Below the pieces are notes generated by a model, which saw only the letters and a program-made list of their open reading frames with translations, was not told the DNA's origin and did not search any database. Shown one piece after another: positions 1-13,112 of a stretch of DNA of 64,000 nucleotides (position 1 is its first letter; each line of letters begins with the position of its first letter). A program made the translations under genes and the position numbers. The stretch lies in the NCBI GenBank assembly GCA_965113315.1, contig OZ220367.1; one strand, 5' to 3'. Origin of the DNA: Podarcis vaucheri (Eukaryota).

Positions 1-3000
1 TTCCAGACCGCTCTCTGCTACAGAAGCCTGCCCCCACTGTACCAGTCTGCATGTGGCCCAGGAAAATTGAATACACACAGGCCACACACAGACCCATCTG
101 GTGCAGCTGGATTTTGGAGAACATGACCATGCTCTGCCCATTCCAGTAAGATGAAACAAACAGAAAATTAATTTGCAGATTGCTCTATTCATCTTTAGCA
201 TGCTTTAGCTGCCGCTTTTTAGGCCCCGACTGTATTTAGGCACATCTCATCTCATTGAAACTCAAAGCACGAGAAACTCAGTATCACACTATAATGAACA
301 GATAAAGCAGCAAGCACAAAGGACAGCCGCAGATGGTGCCAACAGTCAGTTTCTCCTTCTCACACAGAGCAGCCAAGCAGCTGCGATTCCCCCTCCTCCC
401 CCCTTTATAAAACAGGAGCACAGATTTTACAGATGGACCCTCTCAGCTCTACTTTCTGCTGCAGTTTAATGCCTGGATTTCAGCCCATTGCTACGCTGCA
501 TTGCTTTCGGCATTGCAGAACTGAACATTAAGAACCATCTCCCTCTTGACTTCCTTCCCTTAAATGAAGAAAGTTGTCCTTTTGGCTGAAGCACTCAAAG
601 ACAGCCTGATCTCCACCCCTGGCCACCCCTGGCCACCCCAATCTTTCAGCCACCAAGGTTTCCCCTGTACGTCACAGGACAGGGAAAGGTTGACAGTTTT
701 AAAACAGACCTACAATAAATAATATGCAAGGCTGATCGGCACAAGAGGTGGCTAATTATTCACTGGATAAAAACTCAAGACATGGTCAAACTTGGGGTGC
801 TAACTGATGGTTCTGGATAAGTGTTTCATTTTAGGGGGATTAAGAAAGAAAACAGCTTATTTGTGTACAAACGTCTACTCTATGCAACATTAAATATTGA
901 CAGTTGAGACCTGCTTGTCAAACAGATGAAAAGGGGAGCAATCGGTGGAGAGATTAAATACCCTAATCTATTTTGTGCCTAAACAGGTACAATCTTCAGT
1001 CAAGCAAGAAAGAATCTAGAGGTTCATCACCCTGTCTAGAAAAGTGGAAGGATCAGACAGGTTCAGGTTTTAATGGATTGTGCCACATATTGCATAATGC
1101 TCCTACATACAGAAAACAAGAAGCCCACAGAGAAGACTAGGCCAGAACCCTCCTCTCTGATAGATGGCAAGAATTATAATTCAAATCTACAATTTCCCAC
1201 CTCAAGACTGAAGTAGTCTTGAACCACAAGAGCTCCATGCTTGGAATGAACAAAAATTCTAAACTACACCTGAAAATGTCTCCCACATGATAGTACAGTA
1301 GTCAGCTAAGTTTTACTCAGTGCAGATCTATTGAAATTAGTGGGCCCAGTTTAGTTGATTACCACCCATAATTTTGTGGTGAACTAAAGATGAATTAAAT
1401 TCATTTTGGGACAAAACTTTGAATATTTCTAGTTCATCTTCCAGTTCATCCCCTCCACCCATTATAGTATTATAGTTCCAATACTAAGTTTATATTAGGG
1501 CTATTAACTAATCAAATAATGTTTCTTATTATTCACCTATCTTTTAACCAAATTAAAATAGTTTAAAAATGTAAATAAATTTGCATACTACCCCAAACCT
1601 CAACATATGTGCCCTTTTGATATTAAAAGAAGTATAAGACAATTGACAATTTAATACACCACTATAGCCATTGTAATTTCCAATTACAGTAGGCAAAATA
1701 GTTCGGAAAAATAGAAACAAGGGCCTTCTTAAACTACAATCCCACCAATGAAAACTTGCCCTCCCTGTTAATTTTTTTCTGAGCAATTAATCAAGGTTGA
1801 CATGATGGATCTACTAACTAAAGCTTGAAACCTTTTTTAGAGATCTTTAAACAAGGGTGTGGTTCCCCAGCGACCATTCCTTCCTTTCAAAATGAATACT
1901 TCAAAATGAAGAGCTTACATCTGTTTTCATGCTTATTTTATGAAACAAAACAATGGGGGCAGTTAATGCCTTCAAATCAGGAGATTTAATAATAGACAGG
2001 GCCAATAAATTCCCTCTTTTTTTGGGGGGGGCGTGTAGGCAGGACTCAGGATGAATGGCAAAGAGGCTCAGTGACCAGAAGTTACTGCTAAATTTGCTAA
2101 TGTGCGCCAAGCTAACACAACACATGTGACTATTGATTCTGGAACCATCAGGCATAGCTGCTGTGCTGCAAAACGCTGTGGCAAGCATCTACGAGAGACT
2201 AAATGAACGAACGGACTCCCTGGAAAGTGAAATACAGAGGCTCATGGTGCTAATCTATTTACCCATTATGATACCCTAGTATTAGTTACAGTTTATCACC
2301 TCAGTAAATTACCGCCTCTTGTTAAGAAACGTGCTTCAAGGTGCGACAAACTGTTATTTATAGGCGTACACTATATTTACAGCTAGAAAGGCAGGTGAGG
2401 AAGGGGCAGGGCAGCAGCTCAGTCATTTCAATGCCTTTTGCTTCCCAGGAGACAGCGGGGAAAGCACAATAGGATTACAGCTTCTTGCTGCGGTTAAGCT
2501 GCAGCAAGAGTTCAATAGGCAGCACAGCACTATTTCCTTCTTGGCTGCTCCAGGAAATCTTTAAAGAAGATGCAAGGTTTGGTTGTGATAAATGCATCTC
2601 TGCATTGATTGCTTTTCATTCACAGCAAGTGGAGCAATCCAATGCTAATGGATGCACTGCTATAGGCAAAACAAACCAATAAATGCTTCCACCACCCCCC
2701 TTAATGGCACCCTTTACAGATGTGCAATCCTGCATACTGCACAGTGTACTTTATGCCATGGAAGATTGCTGAGCAGTTGCAGAAACGGTTCACACAGTTG
2801 CTGCATCACTGCAAAAACTTAAATCCTGTTTACAAAGACAGAAAACAGAGCAGCTTGGGCAAAAGAGTGTTGTCTTGGTCACAAAATAGTTGCAACATTT
2901 TAAGTGCCATACTGGAAAAATTCAAAAGACACTGTCCGTCAGGCACGTATTTCAAATAGCTATGCAACAAAACATTATTTCTTTAACTTTCATCTTTATT

Positions 3001-4487
3001 ATCTACACCTTCCTCTGAGGATCACAGAGTTATGGGGTTATACCTGGACGTATGGCAGCCCTACACAATGCCATTTATGAGTTTATATTATATAAACTGG
3101 ATTGCCACTGTCCAGAGAAGCCAAAGTGATGCCCTTCAGATATTGTCTGACTCCAACTCCCATTGGCCTCAGCCACTGTGCTCAGCTGTCATGTAGGATT
3201 GGAGCTGTCGTCCAACAACAATGGATGAGCACTGTGTTACTCCTGCCATACCCTACTGGCAAGAGGTCAGGAAACCTGGCAGACACCTCTGGACCCTAGC
3301 CCACTGCCCAACCCCACCCCACCCATCTACTAACACTATTGATGCTCAGCCTGGGTTCTCAGCCACATAGCCGCTTGCTGGCTGTCCCAGACAGAATTTA
3401 GACTCTAATGTTAGACTCTAATCTATATCTAGACCCTTAAGTAAATCATTGTTGGATGTATTTTCAAAAGAGACTGAACAGCCAGGACTCCTGCAGTGCT
3501 TGAAGTGAATGAAATGGCAGGTGCTCAGCACCTTTAAACCACAAGCCAATTTTCTGTAAGCACCAATATGGATTTAAGAGCTTAACGGCACACACATGGA
3601 TTTCAAAATTTGCTCTGTCTTCAGCAGATTACTTATATATATTACAATGGCAGAAGGGAAAGGGAGAAGGAAAAGTCTAATAATGGCCTTTTATATGAAT
3701 TTTCCAGAGAAGTATTCCATAAACACATATTGCAACAATTATTAATACACCTCTTCTTTCAAAAGTGAAAGGAGAACAGGGGCGCATTAATTCCTATTAA
3801 TTCAGAGGCATAATAGTTCAAACGGGGAAGGGGACAAGTATTCTACTGCCATTTTCTGAAGCATCCAGGCCTCAGCCTCTCTGACCTGAGAAAACCTTTG
3901 CTTCAGACTCTCTTGTTTGCTCTCCCTGTCAATTCATGGACCAACAAGGACAGAATCCGGCAGCTCACTCCCATAGTCTCCAATTCCCATTACAGTCCAC
4001 AGAGCCTATTTGACACCACCTGGATGGGATGGCCTCAGCATGCTCCCACTCCTTCTCTGAAATGGGAGTTTAGGTTGAGGCAGAAAGTAGCCCACATTTG
4101 ATGGGGAATCTCCCTTGAAGCCACATGGCAGGTAGAATTAACAGTTTTCTGGCCTGAGGGTAAAATGCGCTCTTGGGGGATGTATTCGAGCAGTGTGTAT
4201 ATCAGACCAATACACACTCTTTCACACACAAACCTGTCCCATGCACACACATAGTGGACACATGGGCACACACACAGGTGCTGATCCATACATATCTTCA
4301 GAGGAGGAAGACAATTGCCCACTCAAATGATCCATTTGATGGCTGGGGAGGGGGCTCCACCCACTCCAGCACTGCCTACCTTTCCCTTCCTTTTTACAAC
4401 TGATGCCCAAATTGGGGCGGGCATCACCATCCTGATTCCTAACATCTTTTCTTAGAGCACCCTTACCCAACCCAGTGCTCTCTAAAT

Positions 4488-4739
4488 CATGGGCAGGCAA
4501 ACGAAGGCCCGGGGGCCGGATCTGGACCAATCACCTTCTAAATCTGGCCCGCGGACGGTCTGGGAATCAGCGTGTTTTTACATGAGTAGAATGTGTCCTT
4601 TTATTTAAAATGCATCTCTTGGTTATTTGTGGGGCATAAGAATTCATTCATATCCCCCCCAAAAAAATATAGTGCGCCCCCCCCAAGGTCTGAGGGACAG
4701 TGGACCGGCCCCCCTGCTGAAAAAGTTTGCTGACCCCTG
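4488..4739. mobile_element. hAT (Charlie/Buster-like) MITE, family A, copy 1
   Basis: Termini CATGGGCAGGCAAAC...GTTTGCTGACCCCTG; 8-bp flanks CTCTAAAT/GACTAAAT (6/8); near-identical to 51490-51729. Confidence 0.85.
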
Positions 4740-5349
4740 GACTAAATGTAAGGACTACAACCCCCATCAGCAGATTTGACAGCAGTGCTGGCTGGGGCTT
4801 CTGGAAGCTATACCTGATGGAGTGCACCAGGCTGAGAAAGACTGCTTTTGAAGCTGCTGACTACAGCATTAACTGGGTATTGTGTAAAATCTCATCATGT
4901 GCTGCTTCATACACAGCCAGAACAGAAAAGAAGACAATTGATTTCTTGGGCAGCTCTGTTAACGCCCCCCCCACCTCTCTAATTGACATGGCATCTCAAT
5001 CATTGGGGGGAAAGTGTGTGTGTACCTCTGAAAGATACAGATTCAGAGAAAGAGGTGAGATAGGAAGACGGCACTGAAGAATGCAGAAAGGATTCCACAT
5101 GCTTTAAACTGCAGGACCCAACATCTTCCTCCTCCTCTAGATTCTGAGGTAGGTGCCGGGTCAGCAAATACAGACATCAAGAGCTTTGGAATTACTTAAC
5201 AAGGCCATTCTTTCAATGGAAGGTGCTGGTGCCTTCTAACTCAGGGATGTGTGAATAACAGACTCAGATCCCATTATTAAGAAGGAAAATATGGAGGAGA
5301 AACATAATTTTTACCATTAATTGCTGCCACAGTGCTTGACCCAGATGTA

Positions 5350-5591
5350 CAGTGGTACCTTGGGTTACATACGCTTCAGGTTACATACGCTTCAGGTTAC
5401 AGACTCCGCTTACCCAGAAATAGTGCTTCAGGTTAAGAACTTTGCTTCAGGATGAGAACAGAAATCATGCTCCGGCGGCGCGGCGGCAGCAGGAGGCCCC
5501 ATTAGCTAAAGTGGTGCTTCAGGTTAAGAACAGTTTCAGTTTAAGTATGGACCTCTGGAACGAATTAAGTACTTAACCCAAGGTACCACTG
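5350..5591. mobile_element. TcMar (Tigger-like) MITE, family T1, copy 1
   Basis: Perfect 18-bp TIR CAGTGGTACCTTGGGTTA/TAACCCAAGGTACCACTG, TA on both sides, internal GCTTCAGGTTA repeats; second copy at 40008. Confidence 0.92.
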
Positions 5592-5934
5592 TACTTTTTA
5601 AAATATCCCTGGCCTGTTTCAAACCATCAGTGACATCAACATAGTCAAAGCCCCTTCCCTCCGAACTGCACAAAGCAAGCCAGCTTATTTTGGTTTTTTA
5701 AACATAGGCACACAAAATCTGAAGGAGCTTCTTCACAGCCAATGGTACTAGGGGCCTTTGGTAACCTATGAATTTACAGTAATTTGAGATGTGAATCAGA
5801 AGAAGTTGGAACATACATGATCAGTAACTGATTTGTGCTTTTATACATTTATATTCTAACACCCAGTTTCACCTATATTTGTTTCTGTTTAAGATTGTGA
5901 GGTTGGTGAGTGAGGTTCCTGGAATAATGGGAGA

Positions 5935-6104
5935 GAGGGCAATAAGGTATTAATCCAACCAGCTTGGTATTGTCAACTATGACTGTTACCAGCTCTCCAA
6001 TTCTCCAGGCATGGGTCTTTTCCTGCCACACCTGAAAGACGCCAGGAATTGAACATGGAACCTTTTTCATGCAAAGCATGTAATCTATTACTGAGCCGTC
6101 CCCC
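5935..6104 (-). mobile_element. tRNA-derived SINE (Squam3-like), degenerate
   Basis: Minus strand begins GGGGGACGGCTCAGTAATAGA (A-box-like) ... TGTTCAATTCCTGGC (B-box-like), followed by a squamate SINE-like body. Confidence 0.6.
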
Positions 6105-6945
6105 AAGCATATAACCCACATGGCAAAGGCCAAGTGACAGAAGATGTACACCAATCATTGCTTAAAAAAAAAAAAAGCCTGGTGGTAAACAGTGCCATTC
6201 TTGTAGGCAGTGTTGCATGGTAACTGGCATTAAAAATCTGGCACTCAACAGCAGTTAACATGGCATATACAGTGTCCATATTAGCCAAGCTGAATAATTA
6301 GAACCAGACAGGCTGTTGGCAGCAAATGCAGGATGCTTGCCGAAGTTTCAAAGCATCCCTAATTAGGAGGCAGAGCAGATAATGAAAGACACAACTCAGC
6401 CAAGTACAGGATCTTAGATAATTATTATACCCAACAAAGGAGATAGCAAATGTAAGAAAGAGACCATATGCGCACGTATGTGTTTCTACCAAAATATCAC
6501 GGAAAGAAATAGTGTGGCAGATAAAACCTGCAAAGTATTACCAGTATGTTCAGGGAGTAGACGTCTGCTTTGTGCTAGAAGACAAGCCATGCCATTAGGC
6601 AAGAAACATAGGATGGTTTGTGTACGTTTGGAGGGCTAGTCCCATACAAACTAGGTATCAATAGTTGAAACAATAAGATATGGGGTGAAACTGGGGCATA
6701 AATAATGTAAATGACTGTCCTGATAGGTTAAAGAATTCATCAATGGACTTGAACCTGGCATTATCTGGAAGCTGGACCTGTTGTGGGCATTCCAAACAAA
6801 GAATGCCTTGGTAGATCACCTAGTCAGCAGAGGAACTAAGATAAGACAGGTCACCTAGCCAACAGAGGGTCTAAGAGAAGAAGAAAGCACAGCAGGAGAT
6901 CCCATGTCCAAATAAATCCCTGCTCTCCTCGTGCCCTCCTGAGGG

Positions 6946-6969
6946 TGAGAGAGAGAGAGAGAGAGAGAG
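6946..6969. repeat. (GA)n microsatellite
   Basis: Direct reading. Confidence 0.9.
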
Positions 6970-8339
6970 CGCACAAGCCCAAAGCTCACACCAAATCTCA
7001 CATGAGGGGAAAATTCCAGGAATAAAGGAATATCTAGAGACTCAGAAAGAAAGCCTAGGATGAAGTTACATGTCTGGTGGCAAATGCTGGATTGCTAGTC
7101 CCATGTCTACTGTCAAGCAGGCAAAATGGGATCAGACAGGTAAGAGGATGGTCATTTTCCTCTGCAACCCCCCCCCATCCACTGTCCCCACAGTTTCCTG
7201 GGGTTCAAAACGTGTTTACTGGGCAAATGGGAGGGAACAGCTATGGGGGAAGTTGCAGGAGAAAAGTAGCAGTCGAGAAAAGGAAATCCTATATTTGACA
7301 GCACAAATCTAGTTTGGACCCAAGGCTTCATTTACATATAACCTGGGATCCTTGGTTGCTCCCACAACGGGGAGATTCTGTGTAAAAGCTTCCACCCACA
7401 TGGTTCTGCTAATAAAGAGATTTTAACAAAATGCACACAAGTGACACCTGACCCTTTATACAACACCTGACCAGAGACAGAGCAACTACAGAAGAGGGAA
7501 CTAGATGATTGGTGGTAACCAGAGGATTCCTTTCCCCAGGCTGTTGCTTTTCTTTTGCAATCCAATCTCCACCCCCCTCACCCACTGCTTTACAAATATA
7601 TTTTAAAAAATCTCTACAGCTTAATTTGCCGAACAAAAAATTTGCTCCCCCTGGAATAAGATTTTTAAATGAGAACATGGCCTACGAGAGCACAATAGCT
7701 GAAGGCACTTGCTGAGGAAAGATTCTTATTTGCTAACATTTAAATAGGCTTAGCTAAGCATGGTAGGAGGAGCTCATTACAAGCACTGCTACAACATTCA
7801 GTCTGACAGGATGCTATTGATTAGAATATGAGAGACATAGTAAAGCAATATAACCATTAGGGAAACAGCTCAGATATTTCAGAAGAACGATAGTGCTGCA
7901 GCTCTTGGATCTCTTTGTCAGAGCAAGAAGACGAGACTAATGATTTCAGTGACTGTGCTTTCTAAAACAGAAGATCATTAACTTGATCTAGGCAAACATT
8001 TAAACACTGCACATGCTTCTTTGGAAGTGGTTTTTTAAAAAATGTTAAATATGAGAAAATGAACATTTAAATGTGAAAATGATTATCTCCTTACTTAGAA
8101 AAGAGAATTTGGCCACAAGCAAAATATACAGAAAAACTGGAGCTTCGTAAGACATATAAAACAATACAATAGAATAGCAGGTGGGATACACACTATTCCA
8201 ACTTGTTCACAAAGGACTTTCTAGGGAGAAGCCCCAATCTGGTATAAATCTTGAGTATGTATGCACTCCTACCCCACCCTGACAAAAGCAAGCAGTGAAA
8301 TGGGTTGTACTGGGTTTATTTGAAGGTGGCATGTCCTGA

Positions 8340-8490
8340 TACAAAGTTTATAAAGCCATACATGGCGTAGTCTGCAGACAAAGTAGATAGAGAGATGTTA
8401 CCCTCCTTTCCTCATTAAGATCAGAAAGTGATTGTTGGGAGATTTAGGACAGACAAAAGGAAGTACCTGTTCACACAGCACACAATGAAT
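8340..8490 (+). mobile_element. Old CR1 LINE fragment (ORF2 3' region)
   Basis: AAGTTTATAAA...GGAGATTTAGGACAGACAAAAGGAAGTACCTGTTCACACAGC resembles the CR1 ORF2 C-terminus (RFRTDKRKYxFTQ). Confidence 0.6.
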
Positions 8491-8706
8491 TAACAATGAA
8501 TGGTGGCCAGTGCCTTTAAGAATTTGAGGAAATTCAAGGGGAACAATAATGACCTCTCTCTGCCTAACTGGTTCCTGCCTCTAGGGGGAGTAAAACCTAA
8601 CCTCAAGACTTCAAAACCAGACCTTTAAATCCTGAACATCCAAAATAAATTTATACTCTACTGGGGAACAGAGTCAAACAAGATATACTGGTCCCCATAA
8701 TAAATA

Positions 8707-8958
8707 CAGTGGTGCCTCGCAAGACGAAAAGAATTCGTTCCGCGAGTCTTTTCGTCTTGCGATGTTTTCCGTCTTGCGAAGCACGGTCCAACGCAACTGC
8801 GCCTCTTCAAGCGGCTTTTAAAAAAAAGCGCAAGACGTTTTCGTCTTGCGAAGCAAGCCCATAGGGAAATTCGTCTAGCGAAGCAACGCAAAAACGGAAA
8901 ACCCTTTCGTCTAGCGAGTTTTTCGTCTTGCGAGGCATTCGTCTTGCAGGGCACCACT
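8707..8958. mobile_element. TcMar (Tigger-like) MITE, family T2, copy 1
   Basis: TA-CAGTGGTGCCTCGCAAGACGAA ... TTCGTCTTGCAGGGCACCACT-TA (terminal G lost); many internal TTCGTCTTGCG repeats; homologous to 26159-26498. Confidence 0.9.
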
Positions 8959-10329
8959 TATTCACCCACATATATTAGCAAGGTATATAGTCCTAACTTT
9001 AAACACACGCACATACACGTACCTTAAACACACAACACAATAGGACATTAAGAATGATGCTGGTACACGCCATCAAAAATATACACATTTAATAAGTTAT
9101 ACTTCTAGACTTCCTTGAGTGATTCAACAGAACATATTAGATGCCTCTCATGAGCATCCTTTATTTCATTTAAGGATGAAAGGGGAATTATTATTGCAGA
9201 TCAGAAATTGTAGAACAGTTAGAAAATTAAATAGAAAAGAAAATGACCAGTAATCTTCAAGACAGGCAAAATCACAAAGTGATCATTCTGGAACCTGAAT
9301 TTTCATTTATCCATCTGCCTACCACATCCTAAAGATGGGTAACAACATACTTTATATTATTCTCCCACATTCTCCTCTTTCTCTCAAATAAAATAGACAA
9401 GATACATATAAAAATCCACCCCCAATACCACCCAAGTATCAATCATGAAAGCCCAGCCAAAGGTATTCATATTCTATAAACTATAGATAGGTGAAATAAT
9501 AGTCTGCTAGCATGTTCTGGAGACTTATAAAGGAGTTTGAACTGTCTCTTTCCCCCAAGCTGGTCCAGGACACGAATTTCCTTCTAATTCAGAGCTTTCC
9601 AAACCTTTCATGTTGGTAACACACTTTTTAGACATGCATCATTTCCACGACACAGTAGTTCAGTTTTACTACCAAACCAGAGGTGAAACTAACCCCTTTC
9701 CAGCCCCGAGAGGAGCACGGGGAGCGTTCGCACAACACACCTACACACTGCAGCTGACATACTAATATGTCGCGACACACAGTTTGGAAAGCTCTGTTTT
9801 CTAATTCCTCTGGCAGCATTCTTTTCATTTATTTATTTATATTTTAACTTATCTTTCAATTACAATATTGGGACACAAAGGGTGCTTTAAAAATTTCCAG
9901 TTTATATACAATTTTAAACAAGGTTTAAACACAGACTAACTGCGTGAGCCTATACCAGTTTACTCAGAAGTAAGTCCCACCTAATTCAATGGGGTTTACT
10001 CCTAAGTAATCCTAACGTCTTAGCATCCTAACATCATGTTCAAATCCTGGTATTTCTATCTCATTCTGATGCTTGCACCATGTGCTAATTAAACCCCTTT
10101 TCAGATTGGTTGCCCACTTCCCATAGCTTCTATATGCATTTTCCCTTGCCATTCATTTACTCTGTTCTAAGTAACAATGCAGAAGATTCATGCATTACTT
10201 GACTGAATGCCCGATTGCCCCTCTTCGTCACTTAATTTCTGCCATTGCTATCTTCCACCCCACCACAGACTCTCTATTTATTTGATTCCTTTGTAAGCCT
10301 GTGTAGGTATCGCTTTAGGATCCGTATCC

Positions 10330-10694
10330 TGTTGGAGTAACTGGACATGAGAAGGAGTTAATTTCCTTCATGTACGTAAATCACCCCAGGTGCAAGGTGA
10401 GCCAAGCCATTGCTTTGGTAACAGCTCAGTGCCCTGACAATATCTGTGGTTAATGCATGCCAGCTCAGCAGTGTCTATTGGTCTGCTGTTTGTCTGTCTC
10501 TGTGTTAGTTACTTTGTATTGTATGCATCTGTATCTGTAAACCCCACAAGCTGTATATATATACCTCTGTCCAGAACTGTTTTACTGAGCCTTATCTTCT
10601 GCAGCAGTAAACTATCTGAACTGGTCTTTGCTTCTGTCTGGTGACTGGTATTGGGAGCAACTTACACTGCCTATCTTACTTGAGATTCCCAACA
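10330..10694 (+). mobile_element. Probable solo LTR (365 bp)
   Basis: TGTTGG...CCAACA inverted termini, TATA-like TATATATATA at ~10554, AGTAAA at ~10606, flanked by direct repeat CCGTATCC (10322-10329 and 10695-10702). Confidence 0.7.
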
Positions 10695-12909
10695 CCGTAT
10701 CCTGTTAAATGGGTTTCCATCTCCCACCATATATCATAAAGCAAAACTTGCTGTATATGTTGGAACATCTGGCAAAGAATTTCCCTGCCAGCAGCAACCA
10801 TTGATATAGATATGGATGGTAGTGGTTAACAAAATGACTGGATGGCAGAAGAAAACTTTTGGTTTTGGACTAATGTGGTTGTTGTTTTTACCAACCCAAC
10901 ACTTTAAAAAACACACATGCATTAAAAAGTATTATCGAGGACTGCACAAAGAACCATTTTAATGGCATTTAAGTATCATTTTTGTTCCAGATTATCTACT
11001 ACAACCATAAATGCCACAATGAATTGTCAAGTGAAAACATAACTGACCGGTATTGCAAGGGGAAGTAGGGAGGTAGGTAGATATTTAGTTTATCTGTTTT
11101 TCAAAGAAAGGAAGGTGTGTGTATGTGAGATAATTAGAGGCCTTCAAAGAGGAGAGAATGAAAAGAATGAGTCTATTTAATTCAATGACTGGAAGAATGA
11201 GACTATAATGAGGCATAAAATCATTTTATAAAAAGGTAAATTGGCCTTTCATGTTCAAGTAGTCACACAATAGAATGAACTGGCCATTGCTGTGGAAATT
11301 AAATAATGTAGCAGAACTGAACAGAGAAACCTAATACTTGAGCAAACAAAATGTTAATATTTCAGGAATGAGCAAACTGCTAATTTTTATGGGACTTTCA
11401 AGCCCGTGTGAGTGTGTGTGCATCTCTTGCAAATGTAGGAGTCTACAGAGCCCCCAAACTCCCTATTCTGTTGTTCTTATTTTCTCCTTTCAAAACATGA
11501 AATTAATAATTTTGGGGGGAAAGAGAAATAAAAAAAATAAAAAAATCACAATTATGAAATAATGAAATAGTTACAAAACTTTTTAAAAAACTGGAAAGCC
11601 ATGAAGGAAACACAAATGCACGAGGAAACTAAATTTGGATGCAACATGCACAGTGCATGTATGGCCTGGGCTCCTAGTGATTAACAAAAAACCTCTAGCA
11701 ATTGAGAAAGACTTGAAAAGTGTCCTGGGAAACTATGAGAAACTATGAACTGAATTTTGACACACACAACAAAATAAACATATAAATAAAATAAATGGTA
11801 GTTACGTATGGGTGCCACCTCTGAGAGCACAACAATCACTGACACAATCTCAGTACAGGGAAAATATCCAATTACACCAGGAGGTTACACAGATATGCAG
11901 TTTTTAGGGCCAAATTCAGTTATCCTGAACCAAACAAAACCCCCAAAATAAAAAGTCTGTTTAGCCAGAATCCCTCTAGAATGATGATGCCCAGGTCAAG
12001 GATGACCTACTGAGCATTTATAAATCTTGAATCGTTATTGAAGATACATTGTGGAAAGAAAGCCAGTGCTCTGTGAGTAAGTCCCTTTGGTAGGAATACG
12101 AGCAAAAATTGTCTGCAACTAAATGGAATAGATTCTTCCTAGGTTGTAAGTAAGGTACTAAACCAAATGTTTAGGAGATAATCAAACACGGTAGCCACAG
12201 GAGCAAGCGGTGCCATAGCCAGCTGCCATGTTAGTGGTCAAACAATGCAAGGTACGGTAAGCACTCTAGGTCTTTGGCAACCGATGACTATGAAAAATCT
12301 GTTTGATTTCCTAAGTGAGGTGAAGTGCGAAAACACCCTTTTAAGTGCAGGTTTTCAAGTCACCTGCCCTAACTCTGCTAAGATTTTGACACATCTTGGA
12401 TGAATTTGGCATGTAATTCCGCCGTAAATCGTAACAATTGTTCTGAGATTTATTGCTGTACTTTTCTTGTCTACATGATTATATCTTTGGCTGAAGCTTC
12501 CAGGCTGTAATTGTATGGTAACTCAACGTGTTTATGACTAGTGCTTATAATATCTTTGTTTCCTAAGGCATTCTTGTTTAACAAACAAGTATATAGTTCA
12601 TTGGTAAAGAATAAACATACTAACAGCAGTATGTATAATGTTAAAGTATAAGCTTAGGAAAATTAGCTGGGCAAACCAGGAGGAAATGCAAAATTCAGTG
12701 CTGCCGTTTTATCTTGCCTTATGGACAGCATGGTCAACCTGTTTCTGCTTTGTATGATGTACAAAAGAACACCCCATTTAAGCTCCACAGACTGTTAAAC
12801 AAAATCAAAGTATAGAATTATCTTGCCTGCATTAATTTTAGATTAAAGCTTTTTCTTTTCTTTTTTTGGCTCAAGGGTCACACTGAGGGTTCATTGCCCC
12901 CCTGACAAC

Positions 12910-13112
12910 CACATGCCAACAAACATCTATGCACACACTCACATGTGTGTATGGAGTTGCACACATCCATTTACGGTACATATGCACACACACATACACA
13001 AAGCGAAAGGAGCATACACACACAGACAGGAAGACTTGCGTGCGTGCACACATACACCTTCATACATTCAGGTATGCAAACAAGCACACTCACTCACATA
13101 TACACAAACAAA
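12910..13112. repeat. Degenerate CA-rich low-complexity tract
   Basis: Decayed (CA)n/(CACATA)n; explains the H/T-rich spurious ORFs here. Confidence 0.75.

Noticed and set aside
1490-2100. AT-rich stretch that might be an ancient LINE
   Set aside because: No diagnostic peptide motif or terminus could be recovered by eye
5125-5155. Plus-strand 8-nt micro-exon-like motif (ctctag|ATTCTGAG|gtaggt) and isolated minus-strand donors at ~46900, ~53633, ~57228
   Set aside because: Isolated splice-like motifs are expected by chance in 64 kb and have no supporting context
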